51,141 nt of DNA from Candidatus Nanohalarchaeota archaeon QJJ-9 (GTDB taxonomy: Archaea; Nanohalarchaeota; Nanosalinia; Nanosalinales; Nanoanaerosalinaceae): contig JALIDQ010000001.1 in NCBI GenBank assembly GCA_022865275.1, forward strand, positions 1 to 51,141. Reading direction: 5' to 3'. This document shows positions 41,379 through 47,799 of this stretch, piece by piece (the first letter of the stretch is position 1; each line of letters starts with the position of its first letter). The notes under the pieces were generated by a model. That model ran no database searches. It was given only the letters and a program-made list of their open reading frames with translations, and had not been told where the DNA came from. The translations under genes and the position numbers were made by a program.

Positions 41379-41948
41379 ATGGATTTCAGAGACCGTTACA
41401 GCGAGTTTTTCGAACAGCTCGACGATAAGTTCTTCGACGAGGAGAGGTTTGTTCCTGCGGAAGGAACTCTGGAAGCGGAATACATGCTTGTAGGAGAGGC
41501 TCCTGGAGCTAACGAGGTAAAAGAAAAGGAACCTTTCGTGGGAAGGGCTGGGGAGAAGATGAATGATATACTTGAGGAGATAGGCGTGGAAAGAGAGGAG
41601 CTTTACATAACCAACCTGGTAAAGGTAAGACCACCGGACAACCGAGACCCAAGAAAGAATGAGATAGAGGCTTGGAGACCTCTTCTCGACAAGGAGATTC
41701 TTGATATCGATCCTGAAGTTATTCTTACGATGGGAAACTTTGCCTCGAGGCAGTTGCTTGATACTAAAAAAGGTATAACCCAGATACATGGCAGGCTGTT
41801 TACAAGGAACGGTAGGAAGATAATGCCTGTGTATCATCCTGCTGCAACTCTGTACGATAATTCTAAAACCCCTGTGTTCAAGGAAGACCTTAAGAAAGCG
41901 TTCGGAAAGGCTGATACGGGTCAGAAAACTTTTAAGGATAGTTTCTGA
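41379..41948 (+). CDS. udg: Uracil-DNA glycosylase, family 4
   Basis: LVGEAPGANEVKEKEPFVGRAGEKM (motif A) and VYHPAATLYD (motif B). The track start at 41271 reads through the orphan tRNA fragment, so ATG 41379 is preferred. Confidence 0.85.
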   Translation: MDFRDRYSEFFEQLDDKFFDEERFVPAEGTLEAEYMLVGEAPGANEVKEKEPFVGRAGEKMNDILEEIGVEREELYITNLVKVRPPDNRDPRKNEIEAWRPLLDKEILDIDPEVILTMGNFASRQLLDTKKGITQIHGRLFTRNGRKIMPVYHPAATLYDNSKTPVFKEDLKKAFGKADTGQKTFKDSF

Positions 41949-41959
41949 GGTCTTTAGTC

Positions 41960-42310
41960 ATGGAAAGGCTAGACGGTTCTGACTGGATTGATAGAGAGAA
42001 CTACCGCAAGAAGATTGTTGCTCCAGAAGGGGAGCTTGAAGGTGAGGGAACGTTTATGCAGGTTGTTGAAGTTCCAAAGGGCAATCACGTTCCTCTCCAT
42101 AGGCACGATACTACGGAGGAGGTCTTCTACATCCTGCAGTCGGGTGGTAGGCTGGTTATCAACGGAGAGGAGCTTAGGCCTGAGGAAGGTGATGTTATTG
42201 TCTGCGAACCAGGAGACGAGCACGAGGTCTTCAACAACTCTGGCCAGACGTTCTGCATCCTTGTCTTTAAGATCAACTATGAGGAGGACGATACCGAGTG
42301 GCTGGAATAA
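41960..42310 (+). CDS. Cupin-domain protein
   Basis: HRHDTTEEVFYILQSGGRLVINGEE...GDVIVCEPGDEHEVFN two-motif cupin pattern. Confidence 0.7.
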   Translation: MERLDGSDWIDRENYRKKIVAPEGELEGEGTFMQVVEVPKGNHVPLHRHDTTEEVFYILQSGGRLVINGEELRPEEGDVIVCEPGDEHEVFNNSGQTFCILVFKINYEEDDTEWLE

Positions 42311-43182
42311 TGGAGCGGTATGAGGAGATTATACCGGACTTTGAGAGGTTCAAGGAGGTTGCTAAGACCCACCAGCCCCGAGAGGTCCGCGTAAATACTC
42401 TAAAGTCTTCTGTCTCTGAGGTAAAGAGGATGTTTGATAGGGAAGGTGTAGAATACGAGCAGCGGGACTGGAACCCTCGTTTCTTTAGGATTGATTCGTC
42501 CCCTGGGAAGCTTTTTTCTCACTGGCTGGGGAAGATTTACGGGCAGGAGTCTGTCTCAGGGATTCCTAGCCTTGCTTTGGAGCCGAAGCCTGGTGAGAAG
42601 GTGTTGGACTTGTGTGCGGCTCCTGGCTCTAAGACCACTCAGATCGCCGCGTTGATGGGTAATCAGGGCGAAATCTTTGCGAACGATAAGTCGAGTAATC
42701 GGTTGAGGAGTCTTGTGGCGAATGTCTACCGGACCGGTGCATTAAACGTTCAGACTTTTCAGAGGGATGCTAGAAACCTTCCTGAGGACTGGAAGTTTGA
42801 CAAGGTCCTTGTCGATGCTCCGTGTTCTGCTGAGGGAAATCTTCGGGAGAAGGAGGAGCTAAGACAGGGAGCTGATATTTCCCAGGTGGAAAGCCTTTCT
42901 GAGCTGCAGAAGGCTTTGCTTGGGAAGGGTTTCAGGCTTCTTAAGGAGGGAGGAACTCTGGTCTATTCTACCTGTACCTTTGCTCCTGAGGAGAATGAGG
43001 AGGTTGTTGCTGAGTTTTTGGGTGGGGCGGAACTTGTTGATCTGAGTTTTGATTTTTCTCATTCGAATGGCTTGACTTCGTGGAAAGGCGAGGCTTTTCC
43101 TTCTAAACTTGAGAACGCTGTAAGGGTCTACCCGCACCAGCTTGATTCTGGAGGGATTTTTGTTGCCAAGTTTGAGGGATGA
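42310..43182 (+). CDS. NOL1/NOP2/Sun-family RNA cytosine-C5 methyltransferase
   Basis: VLDLCAAPGSKTTQIAAL (SAM), DKVLVDAPCSAEG (motif IV PC) and LVYSTCTFAPEENE (motif VI TC). ATG 42310 overlaps the cupin stop (TAATG). Confidence 0.85.
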   Translation: MERYEEIIPDFERFKEVAKTHQPREVRVNTLKSSVSEVKRMFDREGVEYEQRDWNPRFFRIDSSPGKLFSHWLGKIYGQESVSGIPSLALEPKPGEKVLDLCAAPGSKTTQIAALMGNQGEIFANDKSSNRLRSLVANVYRTGALNVQTFQRDARNLPEDWKFDKVLVDAPCSAEGNLREKEELRQGADISQVESLSELQKALLGKGFRLLKEGGTLVYSTCTFAPEENEEVVAEFLGGAELVDLSFDFSHSNGLTSWKGEAFPSKLENAVRVYPHQLDSGGIFVAKFEG

Positions 43183-43603
43183 GCTTGTGGATTATTTCGA
43201 GGAGAGGTTTGGTGTGGAACCTTCTTTCTGGGATGACTATGCGGCGTACGAGAAGAGTGGTTCTCTGTGGGTCGTTTCTGAGGAGGTTAGTAGGAGGGAA
43301 GGTTTTGAGACTGCTGGAATCCGTGCTTTGAGAAGGCTTAGGATTGGCTTGAAGCCTACGACTTATGTTCTCCAGTTCCTTGGTGAGGAGCTGGGTAGTA
43401 ATGTGGTTGATTTGGATGAGGAGGAGTTTAGGCGCGTGGTTCTAAACAGAGAAGTTGTTAGTTCCGATTTTTCAAGAGGATATGTCGCGTTGAGGTTCCG
43501 CGGTGAGGTTGTGGGTTGCGGTCTTGTCTCTGGAGAAGGACTTGAGACCCAGGTTCCCAAGTCTCGTGCTGAGCTTCTTGAAGGGGTTTTTTCTCTGGAC
43601 TGA
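43142..43603 (+). CDS. Hypothetical protein coupled to the m5C methyltransferase (start uncertain)
   Basis: ORF overlaps the methyltransferase 3' end. Possible TTG/GTG starts lie between 43142 and 43190. No motif recognised; it may be an RNA-binding accessory domain split from the methyltransferase. Confidence 0.4.
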   Translation: MILEGFLLPSLRDELVDYFEERFGVEPSFWDDYAAYEKSGSLWVVSEEVSRREGFETAGIRALRRLRIGLKPTTYVLQFLGEELGSNVVDLDEEEFRRVVLNREVVSSDFSRGYVALRFRGEVVGCGLVSGEGLETQVPKSRAELLEGVFSLD

Positions 43604-43644
43604 TTCTGGAAGAGTTTATAAGATTAAGGTGTTTAACATTTTCT

Positions 43645-43760
43645 TGCTGGCGGCCAGAGCGAGGGGGCAACACCTGTACCCATCCCGAACACAGAAGTAA
43701 AGTCCCTCAGCGATCTGGCCGGTACTGCCGGAAGGCGGGAAAACCAGGACGCTGCCAGCC
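43645..43760 (+). rRNA. rrf: 5S ribosomal RNA (not linked to 16S/23S in this window)
   Basis: GCTGGCGGCCAGAGCGAGGGGGCAACACCTGTACCCATCCCGAACACAGAAGTAAAGTCCCTCAGCG...GGACGCTGCCAGCC. Contains the conserved GTACCCATCCCGAACAC core, a terminal helix GCTGGC/GCCAGC, and a following TTTT. Confidence 0.95.
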
Positions 43761-43776
43761 TTTTGTTACTGTTCTT

Positions 43777-44319
43777 TTATCTGACTGTTCTCTGCCAGTA
43801 TCCGAGGATTTTTTCCTGGTAGTGCTCTTCTATCTCTTCCCAGTGTTTGTCTAAGTAGTCTTCTACTTCTTTTTCGTAGAAGTTTGTCAGATGGAAGTTG
43901 TATATGTCGTCGACTGTCTTGGTCAGGTTGTAGTCTATGTCTTTCTGATATTTTTCCTGGACTGGTCTGAGAGCCAGGGATAGGTGTGTTCCTAGGAGTT
44001 GTTTGACGTCTTTTCTTAGATTGTTTTCTGTTAGGTCTAGGTTTCTTGGTTCTCTGTCTTTCTCCATTTTGTTTAGAAGTTCTACAAAGCTTGAATCTGC
44101 TCCTGTTGGCTCTTTCTGAAGTTCTAGGAGGGTTTTGTGGATGTAATGAGGGAAGTAATATTGTTTGACGTATTCTGCAGCTTTTTTTATGTCGCCGAGG
44201 TGGGTGTTATAGCCTCGTTTTTCGAGAGTCTCTGCGTATTTTTTTGTGAAGAATTCTCCTGGACTGTTTTCCATTTTTTCCTTGGCTTTTTTTATCTGGT
44301 CTTTCTCGATTTTTTCCAC
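43777..44319 (-). CDS. Hypothetical protein (180 aa)
   Basis: K/E-rich helical ORF with normal codon periodicity; no family recognised. Confidence 0.5.
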   Translation of the reverse strand: MEKIEKDQIKKAKEKMENSPGEFFTKKYAETLEKRGYNTHLGDIKKAAEYVKQYYFPHYIHKTLLELQKEPTGADSSFVELLNKMEKDREPRNLDLTENNLRKDVKQLLGTHLSLALRPVQEKYQKDIDYNLTKTVDDIYNFHLTNFYEKEVEDYLDKHWEEIEEHYQEKILGYWQRTVR

Positions 44320-44424
44320 CTCTTTGCTTGGAAGGTTTTTCTCTGGGTGGTTGTGAATGAAAGGATTTAGTTCTGGAAACCTTCTTAAAACTATTCATAC
44401 AAAGATTTGGATGCTGAAGGGTTT

Positions 44425-44499
44425 GCCGAGATGGTGTAGTCCGGCCCATCATACCAGCCTGTCACGCTGGTGACGCGGGTTCAAATCCCGCTCTCGGCG
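44425..44499 (+). tRNA. tRNA-Asp (anticodon GUC), intronless
   Basis: Acceptor GCCGAGA/TCTCGGC, GGTGTAGTCCGGCCCATCAT D-region, anticodon arm CCAGC-CTGTCAC-GCTGG, T-arm GCGGG-TTCAAAT-CCCGC, discriminator G. Confidence 0.9.
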
Positions 44500-44774
44500 T
44501 CACTTCGTTCCTTGAAGAGTTTTTCAGGGGTTACAAGCTCTACTTCTCTTTCTTTCAGTTCTTCTGTCTTCTGGAAATTATAGTTGAGTGGAAAAATCTT
44601 ATGATCAGCAGCGGTCTGTACCCGTAAAATTCCTTGTCCAGACACCCAGTTAGTCTCATCAATTTTTTCTTCAACTATATAAGCATCATCTGAGAGCAGG
44701 GTGTCCTTCCAGCTTGAGTAGGTGTTTTCCCTGGACTGACAGTAGCCTCTGTACTGTTGACATACGGTTATCAT
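44481..44774 (-). CDS. Hypothetical protein whose last codons are antisense to the tRNA-Asp 3' end
   Basis: 97-aa ORF; the stop and final 6 codons overlap tRNA-Asp (44481-44499). A truncated, start-less homologue of its C-terminus (EELKEREIDLATPEKLLKDEINAESGV) follows the second att copy at about 46146-46250. Confidence 0.4.
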   Translation of the reverse strand: MITVCQQYRGYCQSRENTYSSWKDTLLSDDAYIVEEKIDETNWVSGQGILRVQTAADHKIFPLNYNFQKTEELKEREVELVTPEKLFKERSDAESGI

Positions 44775-44819
44775 AATTTATGTGTAAACGGTTTGCAAGG
44801 TTGAAAGAGAAAGACCTGC

Positions 44820-44912
44820 GGTATAATCTATACCTCAGTTGTGGTATAAAAAATACCAGAAGGTATTTAAATTTTGGTACAAAATATACCACCAGTTTGG
44901 TATAAAATATCC
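44820..44912. promoter_or_regulatory. Array of five GGTAT-N-ATACC-type palindromic/half-palindromic repeats in a divergent intergenic region
   Basis: GGTATAATCTATACC (44820-44834), GGTATAAAAAATACC (44843-44857), GGTATTTAAATTTT (44862-), GGTACAAAATATACC (44876-44890) and GGTATAAAATATCC (44899-44912). Start-to-start spacing is 23, 19, 14 and 23 nt. Confidence 0.45.
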
Positions 44913-45074
44913 GAGTTGTCTGATTGAGAGAGGTAGAAAAAGATTACAACTATAGAAGAGCACAAAAGGAAGATAAAAGAACATCTTGATGAAATAAACG
45001 AAGCCTTAGATATAGGAATCGATAAGAGACCGACTACGATTGGACTTCACACCTCTCTTTGCTCGACAGAGCTT

Positions 45075-45374
45075 TTGGAACTTTATCTTCACTTGGAGAA
45101 CAAGATAAGTATGGGAAAACAGATAAAGCATAACTGGTTCAAGAGACCAAAGGAAGACCAGAAAAAAGACCCTTTGCCAGATAGGAAAATAGGAGCGGAA
45201 TTTCCAAATAAGGAGAGGATTTATTCTCTTCTATATAGCATAGAGGAAGAAAGAGATAATTTGGTTTACGGAAGAGCGGAAGAGGAACAGACTAAAAAAG
45301 TGCTTAAATCTTTCCAAGAGTTGAAATCCATCTTAATTGAGAGAATAGAGAAAGAAGGTGTCGAACTTGAATAA
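45075..45374 (+). CDS. Hypothetical protein (possibly 5'-truncated)
   Basis: The frame is open from 44937 (KKITTIEEHKRKIKEHLDEINEALDIG...), but the first start-type codon is TTG 45075. Overlaps the nucleotidyltransferase start by 17 nt. Confidence 0.35.
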   Translation: MELYLHLENKISMGKQIKHNWFKRPKEDQKKDPLPDRKIGAEFPNKERIYSLLYSIEEERDNLVYGRAEEEQTKKVLKSFQELKSILIERIEKEGVELE

Positions 45375-45984
45375 ATACTCTCTGATAAGTTACGCAATAG
45401 AATATATATCCTTTATGTTGAGGAGCCAGGAATTAGAAAAGGATAATATCAAGAGTGTGATCTTGTTTGGATCAGTGGCGAGAGGAGATTTTGATAAGGA
45501 TAGTGATATTGACATCTTTATTGATCTTTATGATCTGGAAGATAGGGATAAAATTAAGGAAGAGGCCGAGCGAAGGCTTAAGAACTTTTACAAGTCCGAT
45601 AGTTTCCATAAATGGGAGCTGAGAGGGATTGATAACGAGATAAATTTGAAGATTGGAGATCTGGATAACTGGAAGTTAAAAGATTCAATTATAAGCGATG
45701 GAATTTCGCTCTACGGTTCCTATAAAGAAGTTCCTGAAGGAGATAGTTTTATCCTGTTCACCTTTGAACCGATCAAGCCTGTTAAAAAACGGAACAGAGT
45801 AATCAGAAATCTATTTGGAAGAAGCGATTACCCTTCCCAAGGTCTGGTTGAAGAAATGAATGGTGAAAAACTGACTTCCAGAAGTTTTGTAGTTCCTAAG
45901 AGGAACATGGAAGAAGTAAAGAAAGTACTGGATGATAACGATGTAGATTACTCTTTATACGAATTATACTCTTCACAGTTTTAG
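45358..45984 (+). CDS. Nucleotidyltransferase-domain protein (MNT-like)
   Basis: VILFGSVARGDFDKDSDIDIFI minimal-NTase signature (GS...D.D), followed by a C-terminal region of about 130 aa of unknown family. Confidence 0.75.
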   Translation: MSNLNKYSLISYAIEYISFMLRSQELEKDNIKSVILFGSVARGDFDKDSDIDIFIDLYDLEDRDKIKEEAERRLKNFYKSDSFHKWELRGIDNEINLKIGDLDNWKLKDSIISDGISLYGSYKEVPEGDSFILFTFEPIKPVKKRNRVIRNLFGRSDYPSQGLVEEMNGEKLTSRSFVVPKRNMEEVKKVLDDNDVDYSLYELYSSQF

Positions 45985-46144
45985 AGAAGCTTGAGGAAAG
46001 GGGGTCTAGTGAGTGGAAAGGGAAGTGGTCTGGTCAGGTATTATGTAGCCAAAGAGTAGAACTATGAACCGATTCTCCCCCCCAAATGAGTCAATTCCTG
46101 AGTCAGTTCTATTACTGATGCCTTCTCTTCGAGAAGTCTTGTAT

Positions 46145-46231
46145 CAAACCCCGCTCTCGGCGTTGATTTCATCCTTGAGAAGCTTTTCAGGGGTTGCAAG
46201 GTCTATTTCTCTTTCTTTCAGTTCTTCTGTG
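46145..46231 (+). repeat. att-like copy 2: tRNA-Asp 3' end plus about 70 nt of flanking arm
   Basis: An 87-nt alignment with 44482-44568 shows 14 mismatches by hand count (about 84 percent identity). It starts with caaaccccgctctcggcg versus caaatcccgctctcggcg. Confidence 0.7.
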
Positions 46232-47718
46232 AACCTGTTTTTGGAGATGCGTTTTTATTTAACTTTTCTTTCGTTGTTTCTCCACTGCAAGACTTTACCT
46301 GCTTTTTCTCTGATAGGGGCCCCAACGGTCGGAAAGAAAGAGTGTATTTGGTTCCACTTTTTCCCCTGAATTTACTGTATCTGTTTCCAACTTATCGTAA
46401 AGTTTTTATATACAAGATTCCAATAGATTCTGTATGGGTCTGGAAGATGAGATAGTTCGGCAGAATCCTCAGTGGAGAGGTGAAAAGCTTTCCAGGGGAA
46501 GTATCTGTAGGGAAAAGGAGGAGGAGATCAGAGAGGAGTTAGATGAGGATATTGTGACCGCTATAACAGGGATGAGAAGGGTGGGGAAGACGACTTTGAT
46601 GCAGAGGATTATAGATAGTTTAGAAGAGAGAGGTGAAAGAACATTCTACTATTCTTTCGATATAGACAAGGTTGAGGTAAGAGAACTATTGGAGACTTTC
46701 TTCCAGGAGATCGAGAACGAAAGCCCGGAACAAGCCGGTAGCGTGTACATCTTCCTGGACGAGGTGCAGAAAATCGAGGGCTGGAGCGACCATGTAAAGG
46801 CCTACCACGACCGTTACGAAAATCTGAAGTTTTTCGTGACCGGCTCTTCATCCGCAAATATCAGAAAAGGCGGTGGAGAAAGCCTGGTCGGAAGGATCAG
46901 CATCTACAGTTTAACGTCTTTCACATTCAGAGAGTTCCTGAGGTACCGCGGAATCAGTATACCGGAGAAAGACTTCGAAAAACTGGCTCTGCCTGAAAAC
47001 TCGAACCGGATAAAAGCAAAGCTACCGGAGTATCTGGAGACAGGAGGCTTCCCTGAGCTGATGGATAAGGAAGAGACTGTAAGGAGGGAAAGGCTGAACG
47101 ACATACTAGACCTGACGCTTTACAGGGATATTGTGGAGCTCTTTGGAGTAGGAAGACCAGAACTGCTCGAGGCAATATTCAAGTCGATAACTGAGACCAG
47201 CGGAAACACGGTAAACTACAATAAGCTCGGTAAAAACCTGGATGCGCAGTATAAAACAGTCAGAAAGTATGTTGATGCGCTGGAACAATCATTTCTGATA
47301 GAAAAAAGCCGGAGACTACAGAACAACAAGCTACAGGAATACAAGAAAAGGCCGAAAATCTATGCGGGAGAACACAGCTTCTGCTCACTTCAAGGAACAA
47401 AGAAAGGCCTGAAAGCAGAGACAGCAGCCTACAACCACCTCAAAACAAAAGGAGAAACAGGTTACTGGCGCAAAAAACAGGACGAAGTCGATATAATCCT
47501 CAAGCAAGGTGAGAATCTGAAGGCGTTTGAGGTCAAATACAGGAACCAGGAAGGAAAAACAGAGTTCAACAGCTTTAAAAAAGAGTGCCCGGAAGCGGAA
47601 ACATTCCAGATAACCAAAAACACGCTGGACAGAGACAAAGACAAAATACCGCTCTGGCTACTACTTGTACATATCTAAAGAAACCGCTGCAGACCTCTGC
47701 AAGCCTAGATATTTATGT
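46163..47718. mobile_element. Putative integrated-element remnant 2 at tRNA-Asp (no integrase present)
   Basis: Bounded by att-like copy 2 and copy 3 (47719-47736). Cargo is the AAA_14/DUF4143-type ATPase. Confidence 0.35.
46434..47678 (+). CDS. AAA_14/DUF4143-type ATPase
   Basis: Walker A ITGMRRVGKTTLMQ, Walker B VYIFLDEVQKIEGW, and a C-terminal DUF4143-like region with a nuclease-like tail (EVDIILK...FEVKY). Confidence 0.8.
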   Translation: MGLEDEIVRQNPQWRGEKLSRGSICREKEEEIREELDEDIVTAITGMRRVGKTTLMQRIIDSLEERGERTFYYSFDIDKVEVRELLETFFQEIENESPEQAGSVYIFLDEVQKIEGWSDHVKAYHDRYENLKFFVTGSSSANIRKGGGESLVGRISIYSLTSFTFREFLRYRGISIPEKDFEKLALPENSNRIKAKLPEYLETGGFPELMDKEETVRRERLNDILDLTLYRDIVELFGVGRPELLEAIFKSITETSGNTVNYNKLGKNLDAQYKTVRKYVDALEQSFLIEKSRRLQNNKLQEYKKRPKIYAGEHSFCSLQGTKKGLKAETAAYNHLKTKGETGYWRKKQDEVDIILKQGENLKAFEVKYRNQEGKTEFNSFKKECPEAETFQITKNTLDRDKDKIPLWLLLVHI

Positions 47719-47736
47719 CAAATCCCGCTCTCAGCG
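47719..47736 (+). repeat. att-like copy 3 (18 nt of the tRNA-Asp 3' end) followed by a T-run
   Basis: caaatcccgctctcagcg versus caaatcccgctctcggcg in the tRNA (1 mismatch). It is followed by ctttttttttgggg, which looks like the original tRNA terminator flank. Confidence 0.55.
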
Positions 47737-47799
47737 CTTTTTTTTTGGGGAAAAAGATTAAATATAGGAGTTTTTCATCTTATTTTGTTTGTGATATCA

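Larger units (their letters stand above)
44500..46144. mobile_element. Putative integrated-element remnant 1 at tRNA-Asp (no integrase present)
   Basis: Bounded by att-like copy 1 (in tRNA-Asp, 44482-) and copy 2 (46145-). Cargo: a 97-aa ORF, an iteron-like spacer, a 99-aa ORF and a nucleotidyltransferase. Confidence 0.4.

Noticed and set aside
44481-44774. Interpreting the 97-aa ORF as the N-terminal part of an SSV-type integrase partitioned by integration
   Set aside because: The ORF does run antisense into the att core, as partitioned int genes do. However, no integrase motifs are visible, and the position where the C-terminal part should lie (left of 46145, minus strand) is occupied by a plus-strand nucleotidyltransferase gene.
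47665-47799. N-terminal 45 codons of the track ORF for the GLUG protein
   Set aside because: This stretch reads through the att-like copy and T-run. A proper signal peptide begins at ATG 47800.
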